Shown one piece after another: positions 43,127 through 52,116 of a stretch of DNA of 64,000 nucleotides (the first letter of the stretch is position 1; every line of letters starts with the position of its first letter). The notes beneath the pieces are model-generated. The model had not been told where the DNA came from. It saw nothing but the letters and a program-made list of their open reading frames with translations, and did not search any database. The position numbers and the translations under genes are program-made. The stretch comes from Elusimicrobiota bacterium (GTDB lineage: Bacteria > Elusimicrobiota > Elusimicrobia > UBA1565 > UBA9628), in assembly GCA_026388095.1 (NCBI GenBank), contig JAPLKL010000018.1, forward strand, positions 38,388-102,387, in the 5' to 3' direction.

Positions 43127-44416
43127 GTGAACCTCCTCAAAGAAGTCCTGGAGCGGCAGGTCTACCCGGCCATGGGCTGCACCGAACCGGTGACGGTGGC
43201 CCTCTGCGCCGCGCACGCCGCCAAGCTCCTGGGCGAGCCCGCCCAGGAGGGCCTATTCCTGCTCGACCCCGGCACCTACAAGAACGGGATGGGCGTGACC
43301 CTGCCCAACACCGGAGGCCGCAAAGGCAACCTCCTGGCCGCGGCCCTCGGCCTGTCCATCCCCGGGCCGGCTTTGGACATGCAGATATTCCGGGGCGTCA
43401 CGCCCGCGGCCCTGCGCAAGGCCCGGGGGCTCGTCGCCCGGCAGGCCGTCGAGCTGGGGGTCCTGCCCGGCCACCAGGGCATCCGCGTCGAGGCGCGGCT
43501 CAAAGGCCGCCGGCACAGCGTGGTCTGCGTCATCGCGGGCAGCCACACGGACCTGGTCCTGGCCGAGAGGGACGGCCGCACCATAGTCGATTCCGGCCTC
43601 GGCGCGGCCGCGCCGGACGCCCGCTACAAGGATCGCCTCAAGCGCTGCACGCTGGCGGACCTCGTGCGCCTGGCCGAGCGCATGGACGACAAAGACGCGG
43701 CCTGGCTGCGCCGCGGCGTGGAGATGAACCTGGCCGCCGCGCGGCAGGGCATGAAGCTCAAGAAGGTCGGCTTCTACCTGCAGGACCTGATGCGCAAGGG
43801 CTACCTGCTCGACGACGTCTTCTCGTCATCGAAGATCATGACCGCCTGCGCCACGGACCTGCGCATGGACGGCCGCGCCGTGCCCGTCATGTCCAGCGGC
43901 GAGAGCGGCAACCAGGGCATCGTGGCCATCCTGGTGCCCTGGAACGTGGGGCAGGCCTTCCGCGTGCCGGAGCGCACCGTGCTGCGCTCCATCGCCCTCT
44001 CCCATCTGCTCAACGCCTACGTCAAGCTCTTCACCGGCGGCCTGGCGCCCATCTGCGGCTGCGCCATCGCCGCCGGCGTGGGCGCCGCGGCGGCCATCGT
44101 GTACCAGCGCAACGGCCGCGACATCCCCGGGCTCACCCTGGCGGTCAACAACGTCATCAGCGACCTGGGCGGGATGCTCTGCGACGGGGCCAAGAGCGGC
44201 TGCGCCCTGAAGGTGGTCAGCTCCACGGACTGCGCCATCCGCTCCGCCTACATGGGCATCAACCACTACGGCATCACGGAGCAGGAAGGCTTCGTGGGCC
44301 GCAGCGCCGAGGAGACCATCCGCAACCTCGGCCGCATCTCCAGCGTGGGCATGGCCGCGGTGGACCACACCATCGTGGGCATCATGCTCGACAAGCAGGC
44401 CCGGCCCAGGTCCTGA
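43127..44416 (+). CDS. UPF0597 / L-cysteine desulfidase-like (serine dehydratase alpha-like) family protein
   Basis: AMGCTEPVTVALCAAHA near the N terminus and the later CDGAKSGCALK. Start assigned to the GTG at 43127, just after the kinase stop. Confidence 0.7.
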   Translation: MNLLKEVLERQVYPAMGCTEPVTVALCAAHAAKLLGEPAQEGLFLLDPGTYKNGMGVTLPNTGGRKGNLLAAALGLSIPGPALDMQIFRGVTPAALRKARGLVARQAVELGVLPGHQGIRVEARLKGRRHSVVCVIAGSHTDLVLAERDGRTIVDSGLGAAAPDARYKDRLKRCTLADLVRLAERMDDKDAAWLRRGVEMNLAAARQGMKLKKVGFYLQDLMRKGYLLDDVFSSSKIMTACATDLRMDGRAVPVMSSGESGNQGIVAILVPWNVGQAFRVPERTVLRSIALSHLLNAYVKLFTGGLAPICGCAIAAGVGAAAAIVYQRNGRDIPGLTLAVNNVISDLGGMLCDGAKSGCALKVVSSTDCAIRSAYMGINHYGITEQEGFVGRSAEETIRNLGRISSVGMAAVDHTIVGIMLDKQARPRS

Positions 44417-44423
44417 TCGGGCC

Positions 44424-44468
44424 TTGACGCCACGACTATACGGATGTATAATTACTCATGCGTATAGT
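44424..44468 (+). promoter_or_regulatory. sigma-70-like promoter with an embedded perfect 8-bp inverted repeat (candidate TetR operator)
   Basis: TTGACG (44424-44429), 17-nt spacer, TATAAT (44447-44452). ACTATACG (44435-44442) and CGTATAGT (44461-44468) bracket the -10. AGGAGG precedes the ATG at 44481. Confidence 0.5.
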
Positions 44469-44480
44469 TCAGGAGGCCCC

Positions 44481-45119
44481 ATGCCCAGGCCGTCGCGCAA
44501 CACCGACCAGCTCCTCATACGGGCCGGCCGCAAGCTTCTGCCGGAGACCGGCGTCTCGGGCCTGACCCTGCGCCGGGTCGCGGCCGCGGCCAAGGTCAAC
44601 CTGGGGATGTTCCACTACCACTTCGGCGGCAAGCGCGAGTTCGCGCGCCGGGTCCTGCAGGAGATCTACGAGGACTTCTTCAAGGACTTCAGCATGGAGT
44701 CGGGCGGCGCGGCCCCGGCCCTCCAGCGCCTGCGCCGGGCCCTCATCATCCTGGCCCGCTTCGCCCGGGACAACCGCAAGCTCCTCCTCGCCATCGTCCG
44801 GGACGTGCTCGAAGGAGATCCGGAGGTCACGGGCTTCGCCAAGGCCAACATCCCCCGCCACGTGGGGATCATCAGCGGCTTGGTCCAGGAGTGCCAGCGC
44901 CGAGGCGAACTGAAGAGTCTGCCCCTGCCTCTGGCATTGTCTTTCCTGCTGGGAGCCACGGCCATGCCCAACGTCGCGCTGGGCATCATCGAGAAGTCCG
45001 CGGCCAAGACCCCCTTCGGCCTGACTCTCCCGGAGCTCTTCCCGGTCTTCGCCTCTGACCAGGCCATCGCGGCCCGGGTGGACCTGGCCCTGGCCGCTTT
45101 GGCAAAGGAGGCGCCATGA
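44481..45119 (+). CDS. TetR/AcrR-family transcriptional regulator
   Basis: HTH region LTLRRVAAAAKVNLGMFHYHFGGKREF. First gene of the efflux operon. Confidence 0.85.
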   Translation: MPRPSRNTDQLLIRAGRKLLPETGVSGLTLRRVAAAAKVNLGMFHYHFGGKREFARRVLQEIYEDFFKDFSMESGGAAPALQRLRRALIILARFARDNRKLLLAIVRDVLEGDPEVTGFAKANIPRHVGIISGLVQECQRRGELKSLPLPLALSFLLGATAMPNVALGIIEKSAAKTPFGLTLPELFPVFASDQAIAARVDLALAALAKEAP

Positions 45120-46462
45120 ACGCTCTGCTCCTGGTCCTTGCCGTTCTGGGTCCATGCCGGCTCTGCGCCGAGCCGGCGCAGTTGCGCATCGGCCTGGATG
45201 CGGCCCTGGAAGCCGCGCAGCACAATTCAGCCCTCCTGCAAGCCGTTGAAGCCGACCGGCAGGCCGCCCAGAAACGCGCCTCAAGCCGGCAGAGTCTCCT
45301 TTGGCCCCGGCTCACGATGGACGCATCCTACAAGTACATCAGCGAAGTCCCGGCTTTGGCTGTGGCCGGGCGCACCCAGGCCTTGGGCGCCAACGACAAC
45401 TACTCCTTGGGTCCGACCTTGAGTTGGACTCTCTGGGATCAGGGCGTCCTGCGCGAGGCCTGGCGCTCGGCTCAGGCCGTGTCCCGGGCCCGGGACGCGG
45501 ACCTCAAAGCGACGGGGCTCCAGGTCCGCTTGAAGCTGCGCCTCGCCTATGCCCAAGCCCAGCTCGCCCTGGAGGCCGTGCGCAGTCTCGGAGATTCCCT
45601 GCGCCTGGCCCAATCCCAGCACGCGGACATCGCCAAACGTCTGCATGCCGGGGCCGCGAGCCGCACCGACTCACTCTCCGCCCACCAGGACGTGTTGGGG
45701 AGGCGGCGCCAGTACCGTCAGGCCCGCGCGGACCTGGCCGGGGCTCTGCGCGAGCTTTACGCCCTGATCGGCGAGGAGCCCGCGGCCGACCTTTCGTTGC
45801 CTCTCGACGCGTCGGCCGCGGCAGGGCTGCCGGCGGACGTGGAGCCCCCCTCCGTGACCGTCGCGCTCGACCTGCCGGAGGATTCGATGCAGTCCCTGGC
45901 CGCGGCCGAGGGTTGGCCGCAGGACCTGGCCCCCCCCGCCCTGAGCGCCTGGACGGCCCAGGCGGATTCCAGCCGCTTGGCCGCCCGCAGCCTCAGGGCC
46001 GGTCTGTGGCCCACGCTGCAGCTCAGCGCACGGACCAGCGCCGACTATCCCAACGGGCCGGTGCTGGAGACCATCAACCAGAACACCGTGGGTGTCTTCG
46101 CCAGCCTGCCCCTTTTCGAGAACGGCCGCACGCGGCGGCAGGCCGCCGAGCTCGAGGCGCAGGCCCGGGACGGCGACTGGCGGCGGGAGGCGGCCCGGCG
46201 GGACCTGGCCCGGGACTGGCTCAAGGCCAAGGACCAGCTCGCCGGCTTGAAAGCCCAGCGGGAGATCAACCGGCAGGCCGCCTCCGAGGCCCATGAGCTC
46301 TCCCGCCTCACCTACGAATCCTACAAGGCCGGGCGGGCGACCTACATCGAGGTCCAGTCCGCCAACCTGCGCGAGCTCGAAGCCCGGGTGCAATGCGCCC
46401 GGACCGACACCCAGCTCGTGATGCAGCTCGCCATCCTCGCCAGCCTTTCGGAAAAGGAGTGA
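45116..46462 (+). CDS. TolC-family outer-membrane efflux protein
   Basis: Signal-like N terminus. Two repeats of the long coiled-coil plus beta-strand pattern (LSWTLWDQG..., ...FASLPLFENG). Confidence 0.8.
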   Translation: MNALLLVLAVLGPCRLCAEPAQLRIGLDAALEAAQHNSALLQAVEADRQAAQKRASSRQSLLWPRLTMDASYKYISEVPALAVAGRTQALGANDNYSLGPTLSWTLWDQGVLREAWRSAQAVSRARDADLKATGLQVRLKLRLAYAQAQLALEAVRSLGDSLRLAQSQHADIAKRLHAGAASRTDSLSAHQDVLGRRRQYRQARADLAGALRELYALIGEEPAADLSLPLDASAAAGLPADVEPPSVTVALDLPEDSMQSLAAAEGWPQDLAPPALSAWTAQADSSRLAARSLRAGLWPTLQLSARTSADYPNGPVLETINQNTVGVFASLPLFENGRTRRQAAELEAQARDGDWRREAARRDLARDWLKAKDQLAGLKAQREINRQAASEAHELSRLTYESYKAGRATYIEVQSANLRELEARVQCARTDTQLVMQLAILASLSEKE

Positions 46463-46466
46463 TCTC

Positions 46467-47195
46467 ATGAGACCCAAAAGACTCGTCGTCGCGGGGGCCG
46501 TCGCCGTCGCTCTGCTCGCCGCCTGGAAGCTCCTCGGCGGGCGCGAGTTCCTCTACGCCGGCACCGTGGAGGCCACGGAAGTGGACATCTCCTCGCGCCT
46601 GAACTCGGTCATCGCCGCCTTCGACGCGGCCGAAGGCCGCCAGGTGCGCGCCGGGGAGTCCTTGGTGCAGCTCGCCTGCGAGGACGTCAAGCTCGCCGCA
46701 GGCATCGCGGAGCGCGACTACAAGCGCGCCCAGGAACTGCGGCGCAGCGGAGTCATGCCCCAGGAGAGCTACGACCGCTTCCTCAACAAGCGTGATGACG
46801 CGGCTTTGAGGCTCGACTGGTGCGCGATCAAGGCGCCCATGGACGCCGTGGTCCTGGCCACTTACCATGAAGCCAATGAGCTCGTCAGCCCCGGCACGAA
46901 GCTGTTGACTTTGGCCGACCTGCGCGAGGTCTGGGCCATCGTGTACGTTCCGGGGCCGCTGCTGGCCAAGCTGTCCTTGGACATGCCGGTGGAAGCGCTC
47001 CTCCCCGAGATGAAAGGCCGCGTCTTCAAGGGCCGCGTCAGCCATATCCACTCCGAGGCCGAGTTCACGCCCAAGAACGTGCAGACGCGGGAGGAACGCA
47101 CGCGGCTGGTCTTCGGCGTCAAGGTCAGGTTCCCCAACCCGGACGGGGTCCTCAAGCCCGGGATGACCGTGGAGGTGCGCCTGCCCAAGGCTTGA
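46467..47195 (+). CDS. HlyD/YbhG-like membrane-fusion protein (short form)
   Basis: N-terminal TM helix, lipoyl-like hairpin halves and C-terminal LKPGMTVEVRL. AAGGAG ribosome-binding site. Confidence 0.8.
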   Translation: MRPKRLVVAGAVAVALLAAWKLLGGREFLYAGTVEATEVDISSRLNSVIAAFDAAEGRQVRAGESLVQLACEDVKLAAGIAERDYKRAQELRRSGVMPQESYDRFLNKRDDAALRLDWCAIKAPMDAVVLATYHEANELVSPGTKLLTLADLREVWAIVYVPGPLLAKLSLDMPVEALLPEMKGRVFKGRVSHIHSEAEFTPKNVQTREERTRLVFGVKVRFPNPDGVLKPGMTVEVRLPKA

Positions 47196-47210
47196 GCTGA
47201 GGCGACCGCC

Positions 47211-47945
47211 ATGGCGATGCTCGGCATGGAAGTCCGCGGCCTGCGCAAGCGCCTGGGGCCCAACCAGGCGCTGGCCGGGGTGTCATTGGACTTCTCCGCC
47301 GGGCTCCTGCACGGCATCATCGGGCCGGACGGCGCCGGCAAGACCACGCTCCTGCGCACCCTCATCGGACTCCTGCGGCCCGACCAAGGCGAAGTCCTTT
47401 ACACGCAGGAGGGCTGGCCGGCTGACTTCGCCGCGGTCAGGCCGTTTTTGGCCTACATGCCGCAGCAGCAGAGCCTCTATCCCGACCTATCCGTGGCCGA
47501 GCACATGGACTTCTTCCGGGACCTCTACCGCCTTCCCGCCGAGGTCTACCGGGCGCGGGCCGAAGAGCTCCTGCGCATCACCAGGCTGGAGAAGTTCCGC
47601 GACCGGCGCGCCGGACAGCTTTCCGGAGGGATGTACAAGAAACTCGGATTGATGTGCGCGCTGCTGCAATCCCCGGCTGCGGTGCTCCTCGACGAACCCA
47701 CCAACGGGGTGGACCCCATCAGCCGGCGCGAGTTCTGGGAGCTGCTCTACCGCCTGGCCGAGCAGAAGGTTCTGGTGGTCATAGCCACCGCTTACATGGA
47801 CGAGGCCGAACGCTGCGCCCGGGTGCATCTGCTGGACTCCGGAGAGGTCCTGGCCAGCGGCGAGCCCCGCGCGGTCCTGCAAGAGGCCAAGACGAGCAGC
47901 TTCGAAGAGATATTCCTCAAGCGTGAGGGAGGGCCACGTGCCTGA
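47211..47945 (+). CDS. ABC transporter ATP-binding protein
   Basis: Walker A GPDGAGKTT, signature LSGGMYKK, Walker B VLLDEPT. Confidence 0.9.
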   Translation: MAMLGMEVRGLRKRLGPNQALAGVSLDFSAGLLHGIIGPDGAGKTTLLRTLIGLLRPDQGEVLYTQEGWPADFAAVRPFLAYMPQQQSLYPDLSVAEHMDFFRDLYRLPAEVYRARAEELLRITRLEKFRDRRAGQLSGGMYKKLGLMCALLQSPAAVLLDEPTNGVDPISRREFWELLYRLAEQKVLVVIATAYMDEAERCARVHLLDSGEVLASGEPRAVLQEAKTSSFEEIFLKREGGPRA

Positions 47946-48858
47946 AGCCTCCCCGGCCATCGAGACGCGGGACCTCGTCATCCGCTTCGGCGAGTTCACG
48001 GCGGTAGACGGCGTCTCCTTCACGGTTCGGCGTGGAGAGATCTTCGGCTTCCTGGGCGCCAACGGAGCCGGCAAGACCACCACCATCCGCGCCCTCTGCG
48101 GCCTCCTGGCGCCCACCTCCGGGGAAGTCCGGGTGGCCGGCCTGGATTTCTCGGACGGAGGCAACGCGATCAAGGCCAAGGTCGGCTACATGTCCCAGAG
48201 GTTCACCCTCTACAACGACCTGAGCGTGGCCGAGAACCTGGACTTCGCGGCCGGCCTGCGCAAGCTGGACCCGGAAGCGGCGCGCGCGCGCACCCGGGAG
48301 CTGCTCGGCTTCATCGGCTTCGACCATCCCCTGGACGCCATGGTGCGCGACCTGCCCGGCGGGCTCAAGCAGGAGCTGGCCCTGGCCGCAGCCATATTGC
48401 ACGACCCCGAGATCATCTTCCTCGACGAGCCGACCGCCGGGGTGGCCCCGGCCGCGCGGCAGCGGTTCTGGGGGCTCATCCGCAGGCTCACCGGCTCCGG
48501 CAAGACCGTGCTCGTCACCACCCACTACATGGACGAGGCGGAGCAGTGCGGACGCATCGCCCTCATGCGCGCGGGCCGGCTCATCGCCCTGGACGCGCCG
48601 GAGGCGCTCAAGTCCCAGGCCTTTCCCGGACCCATGCTGGAGGCGGCGGGCGAGGATCCGCAGGCGGTGGCCAAGCTAGCCGGCCACGAAGGGGTCCTCT
48701 CGGTCCAGCCCTACGGCATGCGCTGGCACCTGAGCCTCAAGGACGAGGCCGCCGCAGATAGCCTCACGGGCGTCCTCCCCCCCGGGCTCACGCTGCGGCG
48801 CATCGCGCCGTCTCTTGAGGACGTGTTCATACGCCTGGTGGAGGGAGGCGAGCGATGA
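47923..48858 (+). CDS. ABC transporter ATP-binding protein
   Basis: Walker A GANGAGKTT, signature-like LPGGLKQE, Walker B IFLDEPT. GTG start at 47923 or 47938. Confidence 0.85.
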   Translation: MREGHVPEASPAIETRDLVIRFGEFTAVDGVSFTVRRGEIFGFLGANGAGKTTTIRALCGLLAPTSGEVRVAGLDFSDGGNAIKAKVGYMSQRFTLYNDLSVAENLDFAAGLRKLDPEAARARTRELLGFIGFDHPLDAMVRDLPGGLKQELALAAAILHDPEIIFLDEPTAGVAPAARQRFWGLIRRLTGSGKTVLVTTHYMDEAEQCGRIALMRAGRLIALDAPEALKSQAFPGPMLEAAGEDPQAVAKLAGHEGVLSVQPYGMRWHLSLKDEAAADSLTGVLPPGLTLRRIAPSLEDVFIRLVEGGER

Positions 48859-49976
48859 AGGTCGATTTCTCCCCGGGCCGGGCTCTGGCCGTCGCCCGCA
48901 AGGAGATCCGCCACATCCTGCGCGATCCCTTCACTCTGGCGCTGGCCCTGGGCCTGCCCCTGGTCCTGGTCGTGTTCTTCGGCTTCGCCATAGACTTCGA
49001 CGTGCGCGACATCACGCTCGTGGTCCGCGACTCGGACAAGTCCCGCTTATCGCGGCAGTTCGCGGACATTTTCGCGAGCTCCGGGTATTTCCGGGTCGTC
49101 GAGCCGGCCCCGGGCAGCGGGGTCCTGCGCGAGCTGGACACGGCGCGCGCCAGCGGCGTCCTGCTGATCAAGCCGGACTTCGCCAGCCGCTTGGCCGGCG
49201 GACGCACGGCGCAAGCCCAGTTCGTCCTGGACGGTGCGGACAACACCCGCGCCAGCGCCATCCTGGGCTATCTGCCGGGCATACTGCGGGCGGCCCGGAG
49301 CAGGCTCGGCCAGGACGCCCCGGCCGAGCGCATCACACTGTCTACGCGGTTCCTCTACAACCACGAGCTCAACACGCGCTGGTTCGTCATCCCGGGCCTG
49401 GGGGTCATCGTCATGGGCCTGCTGGCCATCATGCTGACGGCCCTGACCGTGGCCCGCGAATGGGAGAACGGCTCCATGGAGCTCCTGCTCTCCACGCCGG
49501 TGCGGCCCTGGGAGATCATCCTGGGCAAGCTCGCTCCCTATCTGGCCTTGGGCCTGGTCGGCGCGGTGTTCATCTATCTCGCGGCGCGGCTGGGCTTCGG
49601 GGTCCCCTTCCGCGGCAGCCACCTGCTCTACTTCCTGCTCTGCCTGCTGTTCTTGACCGCGAGCCTGGCCCAGGGCCTGCTCATCTCGGTGGCGACCCGC
49701 CAGCAGCAGCTGGCCATGCAGCTCTCCATCATCACGGGCCTGCTGCCCTCGCTGCTGCTCTCCGGCTTCGTCTTCCCCATCGAGAGCATGCCGGCCTTCT
49801 TCCAGTACTTCACCTCCATCCTCTCACAGAAATGGTTCATGATGATATCGCGCGGCCTCTTCCTCCAGGGCTCCGCAGCGCTGGACCTCGCCCGGCCCAT
49901 CCTGGGGCTGAGCGTCATCGCGGCTTTCCTCCTGGCCATGGCGGCGAAACGCTTCAAGCGGGACCTGGAGCCATGA
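48855..49976 (+). CDS. ABC-2 type transporter permease (YbhS-like)
   Basis: Conserved N terminus ALAVARKEIRHILRDPFTLALAL followed by multiple TM helices. ATGA overlap. Confidence 0.85.
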   Translation: MKVDFSPGRALAVARKEIRHILRDPFTLALALGLPLVLVVFFGFAIDFDVRDITLVVRDSDKSRLSRQFADIFASSGYFRVVEPAPGSGVLRELDTARASGVLLIKPDFASRLAGGRTAQAQFVLDGADNTRASAILGYLPGILRAARSRLGQDAPAERITLSTRFLYNHELNTRWFVIPGLGVIVMGLLAIMLTALTVAREWENGSMELLLSTPVRPWEIILGKLAPYLALGLVGAVFIYLAARLGFGVPFRGSHLLYFLLCLLFLTASLAQGLLISVATRQQQLAMQLSIITGLLPSLLLSGFVFPIESMPAFFQYFTSILSQKWFMMISRGLFLQGSAALDLARPILGLSVIAAFLLAMAAKRFKRDLEP

Positions 49977-51076
49977 ACCGGACCATCCTGGCCTTCATCC
50001 GCAAGGAGCTCAGCCAGAGCCTGCGCGACCCGCGCATGCGGCTGGTCATCTTCGTGCTGCCCATCATACAGATGACCGTGTTCGGCCTGGCCATCTCGAC
50101 CGAGATACGCGGCATACGCCTGGCCGCGGTCCATGCGCCGGCGGACGCCGCCGCCCGGCAGCTGGCGGACCGGTTCTACGCCTCCGGCTGGTTCGTCCCC
50201 GCGGCCGCAGACAGCCAGGATCCCTACCGGCTCATCGCCTCAGGCCGAGCGGACGCGGTCCTGGTCGCTCCGACCGGCGGCCTGACCAAGGCCTTGGGAC
50301 GCGGCCCCGCCCCTGTGCAGCTGCTCGTCAACGCGGCCAACGCGACGAAAGCCCGCAGCATCGAGTCCTATGCCGCGGCTGTCATCTCCCAGGCGGCAGC
50401 GCCGCGCCGCCGTCCGGCAAGCGCCCCCCCTCCCGGGATCTCGCTGGACGTGCGCGTCCTCTACAACCCGGCCATGGAATCCTCCCTCTTCATGGTTCCG
50501 GGCGTGATGGGCCTGATCCTGTGCCTGGTGACCATCATCCTGACCAGCATGTCCTTGGCCAAGGAGAAGGAGCTGGGGACCTTCGAGACCATCCTCGCGG
50601 CCCCGTTGCAGACCTGGGAGATCCTGTTGGGCAAGACCATCCCCTATTTCCTCCTGGGCCTGGCCGACGCGGTCCTGATCCTGGCCGCGGCCGTGGTCAT
50701 CTTCAGCGTGCCGGTCCAGGGGCCGCTGTGGATGCTGGCCTTGGCCACGGTCGTCTTCGTCATCACCACGGTGGGCGTGGGGACATTGGTCTCGACCATA
50801 TCGGCCAACCAGCAGCAGGCCATGCTGGGCAGCTTCCTCTTCCTGTTCCCGGCCGTGCTCATGTCCGGGCTCATGTTCCCCATCGAGAACATGCCGCCGG
50901 CCATCATGTGGGTGGCGCAACTCAATCCCCTCAAGTATTTCGTGACGCTCATGCGCGACATCATGCTCAAGGGCGGCAGCGGCCAAGTCTTCGCCTACAA
51001 CCTGTCCGTGCTCGTCCTCATGGCCGTCGTCGTGGGCGCGACGAGCTACCGCCGATTCCGGCAAAGGCTGAATTGA
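49973..51076 (+). CDS. ABC-2 type transporter permease (YbhR-like)
   Basis: C-terminal part of track ORF 48815..51076, from MNRTILAFIRKELSQSLRDPRMRL. Paralogue of the preceding permease. ATGA overlap. Confidence 0.85.
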   Translation: MNRTILAFIRKELSQSLRDPRMRLVIFVLPIIQMTVFGLAISTEIRGIRLAAVHAPADAAARQLADRFYASGWFVPAAADSQDPYRLIASGRADAVLVAPTGGLTKALGRGPAPVQLLVNAANATKARSIESYAAAVISQAAAPRRRPASAPPPGISLDVRVLYNPAMESSLFMVPGVMGLILCLVTIILTSMSLAKEKELGTFETILAAPLQTWEILLGKTIPYFLLGLADAVLILAAAVVIFSVPVQGPLWMLALATVVFVITTVGVGTLVSTISANQQQAMLGSFLFLFPAVLMSGLMFPIENMPPAIMWVAQLNPLKYFVTLMRDIMLKGGSGQVFAYNLSVLVLMAVVVGATSYRRFRQRLN

Positions 51077-51088
51077 GCCGGCCGACGC

Positions 51089-51253
51089 CTACCTGCCGAC
51101 GGCCAGCATGACGCCGATCAAACAGCCCCAAAGGACGGTGACATACGGATTGCGCGTGAACGGACAGGAACCGTCAGGGCAACCCACGGCTCGATACCAT
51201 CCATAGCCGCACGCCCCTCCCCCCGCCGCAAAAAGGACCAGCCTAAGGATCAT
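51089..51253 (-). CDS. 54-aa Cys-rich small membrane protein (not in the ORF track)
   Basis: Hand translation: MILRLVLFAAGGGACGYGWYRAVGCPDGSCPFTRNPYVTVLWGCLIGVMLAVGR. GGAGG lies 8 nt upstream of the ATG. Two hydrophobic segments flank a GCxxGxCP...NP core. From memory it resembles a DUF-type small membrane protein family; unverified. Confidence 0.5.
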   Translation of the reverse strand: MILRLVLFAAGGGACGYGWYRAVGCPDGSCPFTRNPYVTVLWGCLIGVMLAVGR

Positions 51254-51301
51254 GACGCGACCTCCATCCTATCCTTTGGATGCCGGCACGGTGAAAAGGA
51301 T

Positions 51302-51526
51302 TCAGCCGACCCGGGCGAGCCGCCTGCGCAGCCGGCCGCGCAGGCCGGCGGAGAGCGCCGCGCGGGGCTGGCGCTTGAGCACCCCCACGGTCTTGCGCAG
51401 GGTGTTGATGAAGGCCACGCAGGGCTTGCAGCCCTTCATGTGCGAGTCGATGTGCCGACAGATGGCGGGGTCGAGGTCGCGGTCGAGGTAGTCGGAGAGG
51501 TGCCTCAGCATCTCCCGGCACTTCAT
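51302..51526 (-). CDS. short soluble zinc-binding (ZAS, HxxxCxxC) anti-sigma factor
   Basis: 74 aa from MKCREMLRHLSDYLD. HMKGCKPC motif and no TM segment. ATGA overlap with the ECF sigma stop. Confidence 0.7.
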   Translation of the reverse strand: MKCREMLRHLSDYLDRDLDPAICRHIDSHMKGCKPCVAFINTLRKTVGVLKRQPRAALSAGLRGRLRRRLARVG

Positions 51527-52116
51527 CGCGCCACCGCCTTGTCCAGACGGTCCCGCAGGAACAGCCGCCCGCGGTGCAGGCGGGATTTGACCGCGGCCAC
51601 GGAGAGCTTCATGACCTTGGCCGTCTCTTCGGCCGAAAGCCCCTCTATGTCGCGCAGGACCACGACCAGGCGGTAGTCCACCGGAAGGTCCGCCAAAGCG
51701 GCCTCGACCGCCTGGCGCAGGGCTTTCTTGCGGGACAGCTCTTCCGGGCCGTCGGACCAATCCCGGAATTGGTCGCCGGAGGACGGGTCCGGCTCGTCGT
51801 CATGATGATGAGGATGGTCGAGTATAGGGACCACGGGTTCCGCTCGCTTCTTGCGCAAGCGCATCCAGCAGAGGTTCGAGGCGATGCGGTAGAGCCAGGT
51901 GCCCAGGTTGGAGTCCTCGCGGAAAAGCGAGAGCTTCTTGAACGCGGTCAGGAAGGTCTCCTGGTAGACGTCCTCGGCCTCGGCGGGCATGCCGGCGCAA
52001 ACCTTGTGGGCCAGGTTGAAGATCCTGTCCTCGTAGCGGGAGACCAAGGCGGAGAACGCCTTTCCGTCACCCTTCTTGCTCCTGGCGATGAGCTCCGCCT
52101 CGGGCTCCACGCTCAC
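51523..52116 (-). CDS. ECF-type RNA polymerase sigma factor
   Basis: Region 2 (FSALVSRYEDRIFNLAHKV...DVYQETFLTAF...GTWLYRIASNLCWMRLRK). Region 4 (DYRLVVVLRDIEGLSAEETAKVMKLSVAAVKSRLHRGR). A His/Asp/Pro-rich linker lies between them. GTG start overlaps the kinase stop. Confidence 0.85.
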   Translation of the reverse strand: MSVEPEAELIARSKKGDGKAFSALVSRYEDRIFNLAHKVCAGMPAEAEDVYQETFLTAFKKLSLFREDSNLGTWLYRIASNLCWMRLRKKRAEPVVPILDHPHHHDDEPDPSSGDQFRDWSDGPEELSRKKALRQAVEAALADLPVDYRLVVVLRDIEGLSAEETAKVMKLSVAAVKSRLHRGRLFLRDRLDKAVAR

